Shown one piece after another: positions 1 through 12,300 of a stretch of 64,000 nucleotides of DNA (position 1 is its first letter; every line of letters starts with the position of its first letter). The translations under genes were made by a program, and so were the position numbers. Source of the stretch: Rebecca billardiae RCC1528 (Eukaryota; Protista; Haptophyta); the NCBI GenBank assembly GCA_965240325.2, contig OZ251232.1, positions 248,001-312,000 of the forward strand, read 5' to 3'. The notes under the pieces were generated by a model. The model had not been told where the DNA came from. It worked only from the letters and a program-made list of their open reading frames with translations, and did no database searches.

Positions 1-14
1 GCGCGAGCCCGCCC

Positions 15-2860
15 ATGCTGGCGCGCTCTCGGCCCGGCGCCGGCCAGTTTGCGATGTCAGCATCTCGCGTGTCGACACGCGCTCCGGTCGCCCTCGACTG
101 GCAGCACCGCGTCGTGATCAAGGCGGCCGTGCGCCGCGTGGTCGGCGGGCTGCATGCCCCCGCGCGGCGCGCGGCGCGGGCGCAGCGCGCGGGGCCCGGA
201 GGTGCGGACGCGGCGGGCTTCGACGCCGACGCGGACGACGAGCTGTGTTGCGAGGGCTGCGAGTTCCCGCCGATGGCCATGCGCCTCGCCGACCTCCTCG
301 CATCCAACGGCCCCCTGCCGCCGCACCAGGCGCTCGTGTGCGATGGGCTCGTGCAGCAGTACCGGCCGTCGATGGGCCCGCTCATCTTCGTGTCGCACAT
401 GTGGCTCGACCGCACGTCGCCGGACAACGGGGACGGGGAGCAGCTCGCGCTGCTGCGCTCGGTGCTGCGCCGCGCGGCGCGCGGCGAGCTCGCCGTCGGC
501 AGCTGGCCCTTTGGGCCGTGCGCCGACGGCGGCCCCTCGGAGCTGTCGTCCGAGGAGCTCGCGGCCGAGCTGGCGAACGCGTGGGTGTGGCTGGACTGGA
601 CGTCCGTGCCGCAGGCGGCGGCCGTGCCCGCCGGGGCGCCCGCGGGCGAGCTCGAGGACGTGCTCGCCGACGCCGCGTGCGCGGTGCGCAGCCTCCCCTT
701 CTACGCGCGCATGTGCTCGCTCTTCCTCGTGCTCGCGCCGCCGCTGCGGCACGTGCGCACGCGCGAGCTCTGCGACCTCGAGGCGTGGATGCGGCGCGGC
801 TGGTGCCGCATGGAGCTCGCGGCGCACGCGCTGGGCCCGCGCGTCGGGCCGACGCTGCTCATCGAGAGCGAGCACGCCGTGCACGCCCTCCCGGCCGCGA
901 CCACCTTCACGGACATGCTCTCGGTCGGGCAGGGCCAGTTCAGCTGCTGCCGCGTGCAGCACCGCATCTCCGCGCTGGCGGCCGCCGCGATCACCGAGCT
1001 GGCGGGCACGCCCGAGCCGGTGCCCGAGTCGCCCAGGTCACCCGGCATCGTGACGGCGCCGACGGCGATGTGCGCCGAGTGCGCCGACGCCGAGTGCGCG
1101 CCGTGCGCGTGCGGCGGCGCCGCCGCCGAGTGCGCGGACCGCCCGCCCGCTCTGCCGCTCAGCGCATCCGTGCCGGAGGGGGGGGCGCTCGACGCGATGC
1201 CCGAGCGCGCGGGGGGGTTGCCGCCTGGCGGCGGCCTTCTCTCGCGGCACGTGCAGCTGCTGAGCAGCATGCGCATCACGCCGTTCAGCTCGATGTCCGT
1301 ACCGTCGCCGCCGCCGACGCCGCAGGCGTTCGAGGGCAGGGCGGCGGGCCGCGCGCCGAGCGCGAGCTCGCCCGCGCTGAGCCGGGGCCTCCTCTCGCGC
1401 GTGCTGCCGCAGCGCACGTCCGCGCTGCCGATCTCGCTGCCGCCCGCGTTGCCGCCGTCCGCCTCCCTCGACTCGAAGCTCGACGCGCAGCTGTCGACGC
1501 GACTCTCCGACTCGGGCTGCTCGCAGGCGTCGACCGTGGCGCCGTGGCAGCTGCGCGGCGGCGGCTCGCCCGCCTGCAGCCTGCCCGGCACGCCGCACAT
1601 GCAGAGCCGGAAGCCGGGCCTGTCGCCGCTCGGGCTCAGCCGCGCGCGCTCGTCGCGCAGCTCGCTGGCCTCCGTCGCCTCGCTCGCGGACGAGGACGCC
1701 GCCGCCGCACGCCTGAGCCACGCGCTCCCTCCCTACGGGCAGGCGCGCACGGCGCTCCGCCCCAAGCCGGCGGCGGCGGCGGCGGCGGCGGCGGGACTCC
1801 GGCTGAGCACCGGCTCGTTCCCGAGCGTCGAGCCGCCCGCGCTCACGCCGTCGCCGCCCTCGCGCATGCGCTCCTCGCTCCGCCGCTCCGAGCCGCGCCT
1901 CCGCAACCGCACCGACTCGCTCGAGTCCACCTCCTCGCTCGACTCGGTGGACGCGGAGTGCGACCGCGTGACGCTGCGCGCCACCATGTGCGCGCTGATT
2001 GACGCAAAGTGCGAGGCGGCGGCGCCGCGCTCGGTGGAGCGGAGGCTGTTCCTCGCGCTGCGCCCGCTGCTGCTGCGCGGGCTCGGCGCGGGCGAGGGCG
2101 AGGACGCGCCGCGCCCCTTCGGCAGCGCCGGCCAGCTCGAGAGCGTGCCGGCCGCGCGGCAGGCGCAGACCCTCACGCCCGCGCTGCCCGCGCGCTTCAG
2201 GCTGCGCGCCGCGGCCGAGGCCAACAGCGCGAGCCTGCAGGCCAGCCCCGCCTCCGGCATGGACCGGCTCTCGCGCCCGGCCTCGCGCAGCACGGGCTCG
2301 CCGCTCGCGGCGCTCGTCGGCAGCGGCGCGGCCGCGGCCGTCGGCTCGGAGCCGACGGGCTCAGCCGTCGCCGACGCCATTGGGCGCGCGGGCGGCAAGC
2401 TGATGCCCCCGCCGCGCTCGCGCGACGCCCCCTGGCAGCTGGACTCGGAGCAGAGGGCGGAGCTGCGCGCGCGCGCGCACGACGCGTTCGTGAGCAAGCG
2501 CACGGCGGTTGCGCTTGGCGACGCGCGCGCGCCGCTGGGCGCAAGCCGGCTCGCCCCGCTCGGCGCCATCGCCGCCCGCTCCTCAGGCCTCGACGGCGCG
2601 GACGAGGCCGTGCCAGAGGCGGCGCAGCGCGGCTCGCCCTCCGAGTCGTTCCGGGTACTTTCGCGGAAGCCGAGCGTGCTCGCGCCGCCCGCGGACGCGG
2701 AGCTGCTGCCCTTCGCGCTGGACGACGACGAGCGCGCGTGGGCGTGGGCGATGGGCACGTCGGCGCCGCCGGAGCCGCTGGCGCTCGCGGCTGCCCCGGC
2801 CGCCGATGCCCCGGCCGCCGATGTCGCCGCAGCGCTGCCGGCTCTCAGCGGCGACGCGCT

Positions 2861-2899
<39 letters not shown>

Positions 2900-4265
2900 G
2901 CTCCGCCGCACCAAGTCCACGCTCGGCCACGGCGAGCTGCTGCCCAGGGAGCAGCGCGCCCCCGCGCAGCCCGACGCCGGCGCGGTGCCGTCCGAGGCGC
3001 AGCGCGAGCTCGACGACGCCGTGGAGCGCGCGCTCGACGAGGCCGCGTGGCGCAAGTTTGCGCGCAAGTTCGAGTTCAGCGCGGACGAGCCCTCGGCGGG
3101 CGAGGCGCAGGGATGGCCGCCGCTCGCGTTCGCCGCGATTGCGGGCGACGTGCGCACGACGCGCGCGCTGCTGCGCCGAGGCGTGGACATCGAGTGCCCG
3201 ATCCCGCACGCGACGCCGGCGAGCGCGCCGCGCGCCGCGGCGCTCGGCGTCGCCGGCAGCCCGACGCGCGCGCGGCTGCGCTCTGTCGCCCGCGGCCGTG
3301 ACCTCGGCTTCAGCGCAGGCTCGACCATCCTGCACCGCGCGCTGCGCGTCGCGCCGTGCACGGCGACGGTGGCGTTGCTGCTGCGCGCGGGCGCCGACCC
3401 GACGCGGCGGGACGGCTCGCCGGCCGCGCTCGACGCGCTCGCCATCGCGGCGCAGCGCGGCGAGCCCGCCCTGATCGCGTGCGTCCTGCACTGCCGCCCG
3501 CGCGCGCGCGCCGTGGCCGCGCGCGCGGCCGCGCGCGCGCGCGCCGAGTGCGTGGCTGCGGGCGTCTCGGCCGCGGCGTGCGACGCGGCCGCGCGCGCCG
3601 AGGCGCACAGCGCGGTGATCGCCGCCGCGGCGCTGCCCAAGCCGAGCGTGCACGCCGCCGACCCGGTGCTCGGCCTCAGCGCCATCCACCACGCCGCCTC
3701 GTCGCGCCGCGTCGAGGGGCTGCGCTACCTCGTGCAGGCCGGCGCCGACGCCGTCGGCGCGTGCGCGCGCACCGGCGCGACGCCGCTGCACGTGTGCGCC
3801 GCCGTCGGCACGACCGAGTCTCTGCTCGTGCTGCTCGAGGCGGGCGCGGACGTGCACGCCGTCGCGCGCGCGGCGGAGGGCGAGCTGCCCGAGCATGCGA
3901 CCAAGTGCGCGCGCGCGCTGTACGCGCAGCAGTGCGAGCAGGTGGCGGGGCGCACGCCCCTGCACGTCGCGGTGCACAACGGCCGCACCGGCTCGATCGC
4001 CCAGCTGCTGATCGCGGGCGCGGAGCTGCGCCGCACGACGCTCAGCGGGAGCAGCGTGCACGAGATCGCGGCCGCGACGGGGCACACCCTGGCGCTCAGC
4101 TCTGCCATCGAAGACGCGCACGCGGTGGGCGCGAGCAGCGCCGACGAGCACGCGGCCCCTCGCTGGCTGACCCTCCCTGGTGCGGAGCACGCGGCCGCCG
4201 AGCCCGATGGCCGTGCCGATGAGCTCGGCGGGCTGCCGCGCCGCAGCACGACCATCCTCGGTTGA
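15..4265 (+). CDS. Protein with N-terminal HET-like domain, long disordered linker and C-terminal ankyrin repeats
   Basis: 1416-aa ORF. N-terminal motifs FVSHMWL..PD, WLDWTSVPQ, SLPFYARMC..FLVLAP and WMRRGWCRME resemble HET (PF06985-like) domains. The C-terminus has ankyrin signatures (GWPPLAFAA..GD, GLSAIHHAA, GATPLHVCAAVG..LLEAGAD, GRTPLHVAVHNG). Confidence 0.8.
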
Positions 4266-5565
4266 TCAGCACGACTCGAACTGGCCGAACTGTTTTGTTT
4301 TTGTAATTTTGATTCACGGCCTGCTTGTTTCCGAGGGCTGAAATAAGCTAGTGAAAATGAAGTATTGCGCACATCAGGATTGAGTGGCGGATCAATATCA
4401 TCATCAGTCTCAGAGAATCCTATCAGCTGATCGTCAAAACGAGTTCAATCAGGCGGCCGCCGATGATGAATTAAAAGGTTGACCGAAAGATGCGCCGCCA
4501 CCCCGTCGATTCATTTGGTGATAACCCATACTACTCTATTACTACATATCGCTGACGACGCACTACCAGCGAGGTTTGACGATCGCTCGACGAGGGTTTA
4601 CGGTTCACGATTCGCTCCGCGCGGGTTCTTTTCCCGCGCGTTGTCCATAGTAGATTATCATCGGACGAATAATGGCATGGACGATGCGCGACGACAAGTA
4701 CAGTATTACAGAATGACTGCGCTACCCCCATACAGAACTACTGCTACTGCCAGCAAGAACCGCGAGTTCGCTTGGCGTTTGCGGGACGATCAGTAAATGT
4801 TGTTCGTCCATGTCGCTCGTGGTGCGGACCACACGTCAGGCCGGTCACCTGGCGTTTGCGGGATCAGGCACGGGCAAGTCTCGGGGTAGTACATTGGTCT
4901 CGTCACCGTGCCGCGCGGCGGCATTCACCGCATTGCGCGGCTGCATCCGATTCCGTCCGGCAGGCTGAAGTGCCAGCCCCGGCGGGCCGTCGCCGCAGCG
5001 CCAGCAGCGGCGCAGCGCGGCCAGAATTGCGCGTACGGGGGACCAGTCACAATCAATCCCGTCTCAGAACCGACGGTGCGGCGGCGCGGCGCTGGCGGCG
5101 CGGCTCACGGGCAGGCCCGGCTACGACTTGCCGGAGCAGCGGGCTGATGCGGGTTCGTCCAGGCTCGGTCATCATATGCATCAGCTGCCTTATACGGACC
5201 GACTGGTACGGACCGTAAGTCTCGGAGACAGATCCGTCTGGTCGTCCGTGCCGCTTCTAGTTACTCATCAGCGGGCTGACTACAGCAGTCTAACAAGTCT
5301 AATCCGATCTGACGCGAACAGTATAATGCTGTTACAAGAGTTCCGTGAATGACGCGGGTCGACGGTCGTCAGTCGGCCCGGCGGCCGCTGTGACTCATCA
5401 GTGACTCACTACACTGTAGTTACATCACGGTGACAAGTGCTGTTGACTGCAGACGAGTTCACTATACTGACTAACTGAGTCACAGCTGACTGGCCCGTGG
5501 CAACGCCAGTATACGTATTAAGTAATTAAATGAAAGTGCGGGGCCCAGTAACTGTGAGTAAGGCT

Positions 5566-8500
5566 GGCCTGTTTTATTTCTAGGAGAGCCCAACGGCGAC
5601 ATTCGCCAAAACGCGGTAAAATGGCGGCTTGCGGCTTGCCCGCTGGTGGTGGGTGCCGGCGCGATTGCGGAGTAGTGATGGCACGTCGTTGGCGCATGTT
5701 CGTACTAGGGCGCTGAGCTGTAGCGAAATGTGTTGCCAAGACATGCTGCTTGCTTCGCCATGACACAGAGGTCACTCGCAGCGCACGGCAGTGTGACGAT
5801 CGCCGCGCCGCGGCGGCAGACCGCAGTAGTTGCGGGCGCGCTGCAAGCTGCAAGCACTATGCCTTGGCTGCGTCGCGCCCGTGTCAGCTGGTGAACCAGG
5901 ATCGTTGAACAACAGATGGACTGCAAATGATTCCAGCTCTACTCGGTCTGCCACCACTTCCTTGTCGAGCGTGAGATGTTTCCGTTGCGTGCGCTCGCAT
6001 GCAGCTTGCCGCCTGCATTTGAACGTGGTCACGGCAGGTTGGTGGGCCGGTTGCTTGAGCCTCCTCGGCGTAGATGACGACAAGTTGCGTGCCACGCGCA
6101 CCCATGACGCGCGGAAAGGCGTGCACACGCGTCCTCGCGCATCTAGCAGGCAGTCTTGGACAAGATGATGAGAACAAGCCTGCCAGTGCCTCGCCGCGCG
6201 GCTGCGAGCGCGCGGAGAGTTCTAGGATCCGACCCATGGTGTTGGGTGTACCTCGTGTGCGACAATGACGAGGCGGACGAGAGCCGCAACTGGATTCCTG
6301 CACTCACCGGTCACCGAGGAGTGCAGGAATCGCGTTCCTCGCGCACGTGGGGGCCGCCATCGGCCGTGAGAGGTACACCCAACGGGGCGTGACACCCCCT
6401 ACGTATTTACAGACGGTCTCTGCTGGAGACCGTCTCTGGGGAGCCCGGCCCAGAGACGAACTCTGGGCGCCAGCCGCCAAAGACCGTCTCTGCTGGAGAC
6501 CATTTTCTGATTTTTCTCGGTGGCGCCACTGGCGCGAGCGCTCCCGGGGCTGTGCCGCCGCGGGGCTGCTGGCTCCGTTCGCCGCCAAGCGCCATGCCGG
6601 CCCCGCCCTGGAACGGCGCTGGCACACGAGACCGCGTACAGTACTGCGCACCGTGGATGCACTACGCAGCAGCTACGCTGTGCAGCGACTCGCGCGCTCC
6701 AACTTGTGGTGCCACGCGCTTGCGCGCTCGCGCGAACGCGTGTGTTCGAACGCACCTGTGCATGCTCGCACGCGAGAGGTCTGACTTGATGCTGACGAGC
6801 GTGGTGGCTCATGGCTCGCGAGGGGAGCCACATGCCACACTCTTTCTCCCCGCCCCCGAGCCCTCTCTCGCGCGTGGCTGTGACAAGTACGCGCGCGCAC
6901 GTTCTGAGCGCCGCAGCGCAACATGGCGCGCTCACTCACACTTCGCGCGCACCATCTCCTGCCGCAGACGACCAGCCCGTGCGCGTCGCGCGCCTTGCCC
7001 GAAAGGTGTGCGAGCAGCTGACCCGATCAGATCGATCGCCGGGCGCGCCGAGCAGTCTGCGCCCACGCCGCTGACCGGCGTGGGCGATGCAGGTTGGCGG
7101 ATCACCTTACTGTGCGCTGGCCTCGGCGCAGCAGCCAAGTGTCCTGCGCGGCAGCCCTGGAGGTGCTTGGGGGCGCGCGCTCGGCCGTGGAGGCGCCCGC
7201 GCAGGCAAAGTGTATAGCTGAGCAGCCGCGAGAGAGCGCGCAGCGTCCTTCCATGTCAGGCGCCTCGCTCATAGGCACGTTCAGCACGTCTCGGGGCAGT
7301 GCGCGCCCACGCGACGCTGCCGCCCGCCTGCCGCGGAGCACAAGTGCCGCAAGTGCCAGGCGCGGGCAACGGTCAGTGGGACACTGTGTTATCTGTCTTG
7401 AAACGTGTTGGCCAGGCAAGTGGTGGTGAGATATTGTCACCATGCGATCCTTTAACTAGGCGCATACCGCTTTCGGCATCTCGCACCGTCGCGCTCGCGC
7501 TGTCGGCCCCGCCGTGACGGTGATCGTCATAGTTACGTGTAGTAGTGGCTCAGTAGTGGACAGTGCCAGGCAAGAAATACGCAGGCTAGGTGGGACGTGA
7601 TCAAACCCCTGCTCGACGGTGCGAGGTCATACACTGCGCGTAGGTTAGATCGCACATTCCATCGCCGGCTCGTCCGACCCGTACCGACGACGGAGTGCAT
7701 CGCGGATGGCTGACCGTTGCCCGCGCCTGGCACTTGCGGCACTTGCGCTCCGCTGCAGCGTCGCGTTGGCGCGCACTGCCCCGAGACGTGCTGAACGTGC
7801 CTATGAGCGAGGCGCCTGACATGGAAGGACGCTGCGCGCTCTCTCGCGGCTGCTCAGCTATACACTTTGCCTGCGCGGGCGCCTCCACGGCCGAGCGCGC
7901 GCCCCCAAGCACCTCCAGGGCTGCCGCGCAGGACACTTGGCTGCTGCGCCGAGGCCAGCGCGCAGTAAGGTGATCCGCCAACCTGCATCGCCCACGCCGG
8001 TCAGCGGCGTGGGCGCAGACTGCTCGGCGCGCCCGGCGATCGATCTGATCGGGTCAGCTGCTCGCACACCTTTCGGGCAAGGCGCGCGACGCGCACGGGC
8101 TGGTCGTCTGCGGCAGGAGATGGTGCGCGCGAAGTGTGAGTGAGCGCGCCATGTTGCGCTGCGGCGCTCAGAACGTGCGCGCGTGTACTTGTCACAGCCA
8201 CGCGCGAGAGAGGGCTCGGGGGCGGAGAGAAAGAGTGTGGCATGTGGCTCCCCTCGCGAGCCATGAGCCACCACGCTCGTCAGCATCAAGTCAGACCTCT
8301 CGCGTGTGAGCATGCACAGGTGCGTTCGAACACACGCGCGCTCGCGCGAGCGCGCGAGCGCGTGGCACCACAAGTTGGAGCGCGCGAGTCGCTGCACAGC
8401 GTAGCTGCTGCGTAGTGCATCCACGGTGCGCAGTACTGTACGCGGTCTCGTGTGCCAGCGCCGTTCCAGGGCGGGGCCGGCATGGCGCTTGGCGGCGAAC

Positions 8501-8755
8501 GGAGCCAGCAGCCCCGCGGCGGCACAGCCCCGGGAGCGCTCGCGCCAGTGGCGCCACCGAGAAAATGGTCTCCAGCAGAGACGGTCTTTGGCGGCTGGCG
8601 CCCAGAGTTCGTCTCTGGGCCGGGCTCCCCAGAGACGGTCTCCAGCAGAGACCGTCTGTAAATACGTAAGGGGGGCGTGACACCGATTCCCACTGGCGGG
8701 CAAGGGTTTGTCGCCGTGACATAGTAAATGGAATCTGGTAGAAATAAAACAGGCC
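5566..8755. mobile_element. Non-autonomous DNA transposon with 17-bp TIRs and 4-bp TSD; host of a nested foldback element
   Basis: GGCCTGTTTTATTTCTA at 5566-5582 has a perfect reverse complement at 8739-8755. A GGCT direct repeat flanks both ends (5562-5565, 8756-8759). About 900 bp remain once the nested insertion is removed. Confidence 0.75.
6395..8673. mobile_element. Foldback/MULE-like non-autonomous element with ~970-bp inverted arms and 9-bp TSD
   Basis: Arms 6395-7376 and 7710-8673 are near-identical inverted copies (mirror-image ORFs in the track) around a 333-bp spacer. Direct repeat GGCGTGACA lies at 6386-6394 and 8674-8682; it is 9-13 bp depending on where the C/G run is cut. Confidence 0.9.
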
Positions 8756-8992
8756 GGCTGCGCGGCTGATTATGTAATAATATGTAACACGCCGAGCGCG
8801 GCGGAGTGAGACAGTCGGAGAGTCGCCGCTGAGACTGTTACGACTGGCTCTGGCTTCGGTTGACCCCTGCCAGAGACGGGCACTGTGAGCTCCTTCATGA
8901 AGTCACTCGTGAAAACTGCACAGGAGGACCTCAATGGATGCCTAGATGATGACTTCAGAGCGATATTGGGCCAACAAGCACTTCCTCTATAG

Positions 8993-9132
8993 TTCAGACT
9001 CTATTTTACTATGTATTTACCCATTTCAGACTCTGGTCAGAACACGGTCCGGGAGCGATCCGGATGCACCCGTAGCTATTGAAAATAGGTCACCGGACTG
9101 GTTAAATAGCTATATGAAAAATAGAGTCTGAA
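8993..9132. mobile_element. MITE-like 140-bp AT-rich element with 15-bp TIRs
   Basis: TTCAGACTCTATTTT (8993-9007) pairs with AAAATAGAGTCTGAA (9118-9132). No clean TSD. Confidence 0.5.
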
Positions 9133-9335
9133 GTAGTCACAAACTGAGTTTCACACCCTGGGCACTTATTGGCCATCCATAGTAACCCTACTTGGAGCCC
9201 TGTGGGACACTTCGGGCGTTCATTCGGCCGCAGGAATGCGAAGATCATTTTCGGTACGCCCGGTTTCTATGACCGGACTGGCAGGGGTCAACCGGAGCCA
9301 GAGCCGACTGACTCTGAGCTGTGACGACTGGATGA

Positions 9336-12300
9336 TCAGGTGCAGAACTTGGGCGCATCGCCCGTGGACGCGCGGCCGAGCAGGCAGACGTACGGCGCGT
9401 AGTGCTCGTCGATGACCTCGTTGAGCGCGTACGCGAGCAGCGCGCGCGGCTCGCCCGCGAGCGCCGCGCCGGGCGGCGGCAGCGGCGCCGGGCGCTGCGG
9501 CACGTTGGCCAGCCAGAAGGCGAGCGGCGGGTACTCGGCGAGCGGCGGGTCGAGGGCAAAGGCCGCGGGGAGCGCCGCGCCGCTCGCCGCGCCCGCGGCG
9601 CCGGCGGGCGAGGCGCCGTCCGGCTGCGACGGGTCATGCAGCACGAGTCGGAGGTCGAGCGCGCGCGCGTCGCGGTGCACGGCGCTCGCGCCCGCGCGCG
9701 CGCCTGGCGGCGGCCGCACGGGCTGCACGGCGAGGAAGCGCCCGGGGTGCGCCGCCGATTCGAACGCGACGCCTCCGCCCGCCCCGCGCGCGCGGACGAC
9801 CCACCAGCTCGCGTCGCCGCTGTCGTCGCCCGCGGGGCGGAGCTCGATCGCGGTGTAGCTCGCCGCGGCCTGCTTGGGCGCATCGTCCTGCTGCGGCGGC
9901 CGCGCCTGCGAGCCCTCGGAGCCGCTCGCGGCAAACGACGAGGGCGCGACGAGCCCATCCGAGCCGAGCTCGCAGCCGCGCGCCGCGCGGCACGCGGCCG
10001 CGCACTGCGAGTGGTCGAGCGCGAAGACGTCGTCCGCGCCGTCGCGCTTGGGGTAGGCGGCGACGTTGGTGACGGGCGTGGCCTTGGCCTTGCACCGGCC
10101 GTCCGCGTGCGGCACGTAGTTGCGCGTGCCGTCCGTGTGCACAATCCACAGCTGCGGCGGCTCGTACTGGCGCACGAGGCAGCCTTGGTCCGCGCGCTGC
10201 CGGCTCGCCGCAGCCACCCACTCCGCCGCCGAGTAGCTGTGCGCGCTGAGCACGCAGCCCGGCCGGTCGAACGACTCGAGGGCGACGCGCTCGCCGTCGG
10301 CCGGCGCGGCGTACGGCTGCGGCGCGCGCTCCGAGGAGAGGCCGGCGGGCCCGAGCGCGCCGGCGCGCAGCTGCTGCACCGCCGGCGCGCGCGTCAGCCT
10401 GAAGGTGGCGGCGTGCAGCGCGTCCGCGCCGCCGACGCGCGTGTGGTTAGACGGCACGGACGGGCGCGCGGCGATCACGACCGCGCGCCCCTCGCCGCCG
10501 TGCAGCAGGAGCGGGCCGGGGCCGGAGCCCGAGGCGCCGTCGACGCCCGGCACGGCCGTGAGCAGCCGCAGCGTGCGCAGCTCGGCGCGCGCCGCCGCAG
10601 GCACCGGGTGCACCCAGCCCCAGCCCGACGAGCCCGCGCCCGCGCCGGCCGGCGGCGCGCCCGCGCCCGCCGCCGAGTCGGGCGCGGGCGCGAGCGCCGC
10701 GGGCGCGCCGGGCGGGTCGACGCGCAGCGCGCGCGCGCCGGTCGTGAGCGTCGCCAGCACCAGAGGCCCGTACAGCAGCGCGTGCAGAGGCGCGTACGCG
10801 GCGCGCTCGTCCTTGGCCCGCTCCGCGCGCAGCGTGGCGCCCATGGTGAGCTCGGCGGCCGCGACGATGCGCGCCGCGCCGCCCGCGCCGCCGGCGGTCA
10901 GCTCGACGGTGGCGAGGGAGTTGGGACGGACGACGCGAGGCGGTGCGGTGCCGATGGCGAGGCGCGGCCCCACCGCCCACGAGGGCACGCGCACGCGCAC
11001 GCGCGCGCTCGAGCCGCCGCCGCCGCCGCCGGTGGCGGCGGCGGCGGCGAGCGCGGCGCTCAGGCGGACGGCCACGCGCTCGCCCGGCCGCGCCGCGCCC
11101 ACGTCGCCGCCCTCGAGCGAGACGTCCCACGCGCCGGCGGGCGTGCGCCAGCTGAGGCGCGCGGGCACGTACTGCAGCGCGAGCAGCGCGTGCGCGCCGT
11201 GCGCGAGGAAGGGCAGCTCCCCCAGCCTCGAGAAGGCCTCGACCCCACTGCCCATGCAGCACCAGAAGTGGTGCTCCGTGTCGGACCAGTGGTGGCACTG
11301 CGGCGGGTTGGGGATCCCCGCCTTGGACACGCCGCCGCCCATCGGGAACATGTACAGCATCGCGCCGGGCTCGGTGCCGCGCAACGTGCCCAGCACCGCG
11401 TTGAGCAGCGCGCGCTCCTCGTACTCTGCGTGGGCGAGCACCGCGCCAAACACGCCGCCGCCCTCGTCGCCGCCGCCGAGGCCGCCGCCGCCGCCGTCGG
11501 CCGGCGCGGGCGGCGCTCGCCACGCCATCAGCTTGCGCGACAGGCGCATCTGGTTGTGCGTGACGCACGACTCGTGGTGCTCGTGCGCGGCGAGGCTGTG
11601 CCCGTGCGCGTGCGCCAGCACCTCGCCCTGCGCGCCCGCGCGCCGCCACACCTCGCCAAACGTCGAGCCGCCGGTCGCAAAGGTGTGCGAGCTGTTCAGC
11701 TCGGCCCAGAGTGCCTCGCCCACCGCCGCCCAGAGGCCCGAGCTCGTGGCCTCGTACATGCGCATCGCGCCGAGCGCGACGGGGAGGTGCGTGTTCGCGT
11801 GCTTCCCCTCGATCGCCGAGCGCACCGCCGTGCGCGCGTCCGCGAGCGGCGTGCCCGCCGCGCCGAGCGTGACCGACGCGAGCGCGCCGCCCGCCGCGCC
11901 GCCGCCGCCGCCCGCCGCCGCCACGTCGGCCGCGACGCGCCCCGCGAGCGCGAGCGGCTGCGCGAAGCACGGCCGCTCGAAGAGCGCGGCGCACGGCAGC
12001 CACGTCGCGTTGCGCGTGCGGCTCGCCAGCTCGATCAGCGCCTCGGCCATCCCGCCCACCTCGAGCGAGAGGCCCTCCAGCCAGTACTCCAGCCCGCGCG
12101 CGGCCACGGCGCGGGACACGCGCGCGCAGAGGTAGCCGCCCAGCCCGCTCGCGACCTCGAGCGCGGTGGGGTCGCGCGCGAGGGCGTGCTGGTCGAGCAG
12201 GCCCTGCAGCACCTTGTGCATCGTGTAGTACGCCACCCACGTGCAGCCGTTCGTCGAGCAGTGGTCCTCGTGCTTACCCAGCTCACCCTCAGGGAACGCG

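Noticed and set aside
4460-4560. ATGATGA…CTGA as a box C/D snoRNA (also near 8946)
   Set aside because: These words are common in local intergenic DNA, and there is no convincing terminal stem or guide complementarity.
6395-8673. Palindrome as an assembly artefact or synthetic construct (BsaI/BsmBI-like sites)
   Set aside because: The arms differ by indels and substitutions, a TSD is present, and the element sits inside another TIR pair.
6304-8722. Duplicated ORFs in both foldback arms
   Set aside because: They simply mirror the inverted repeat and show no transposase or other domain features.
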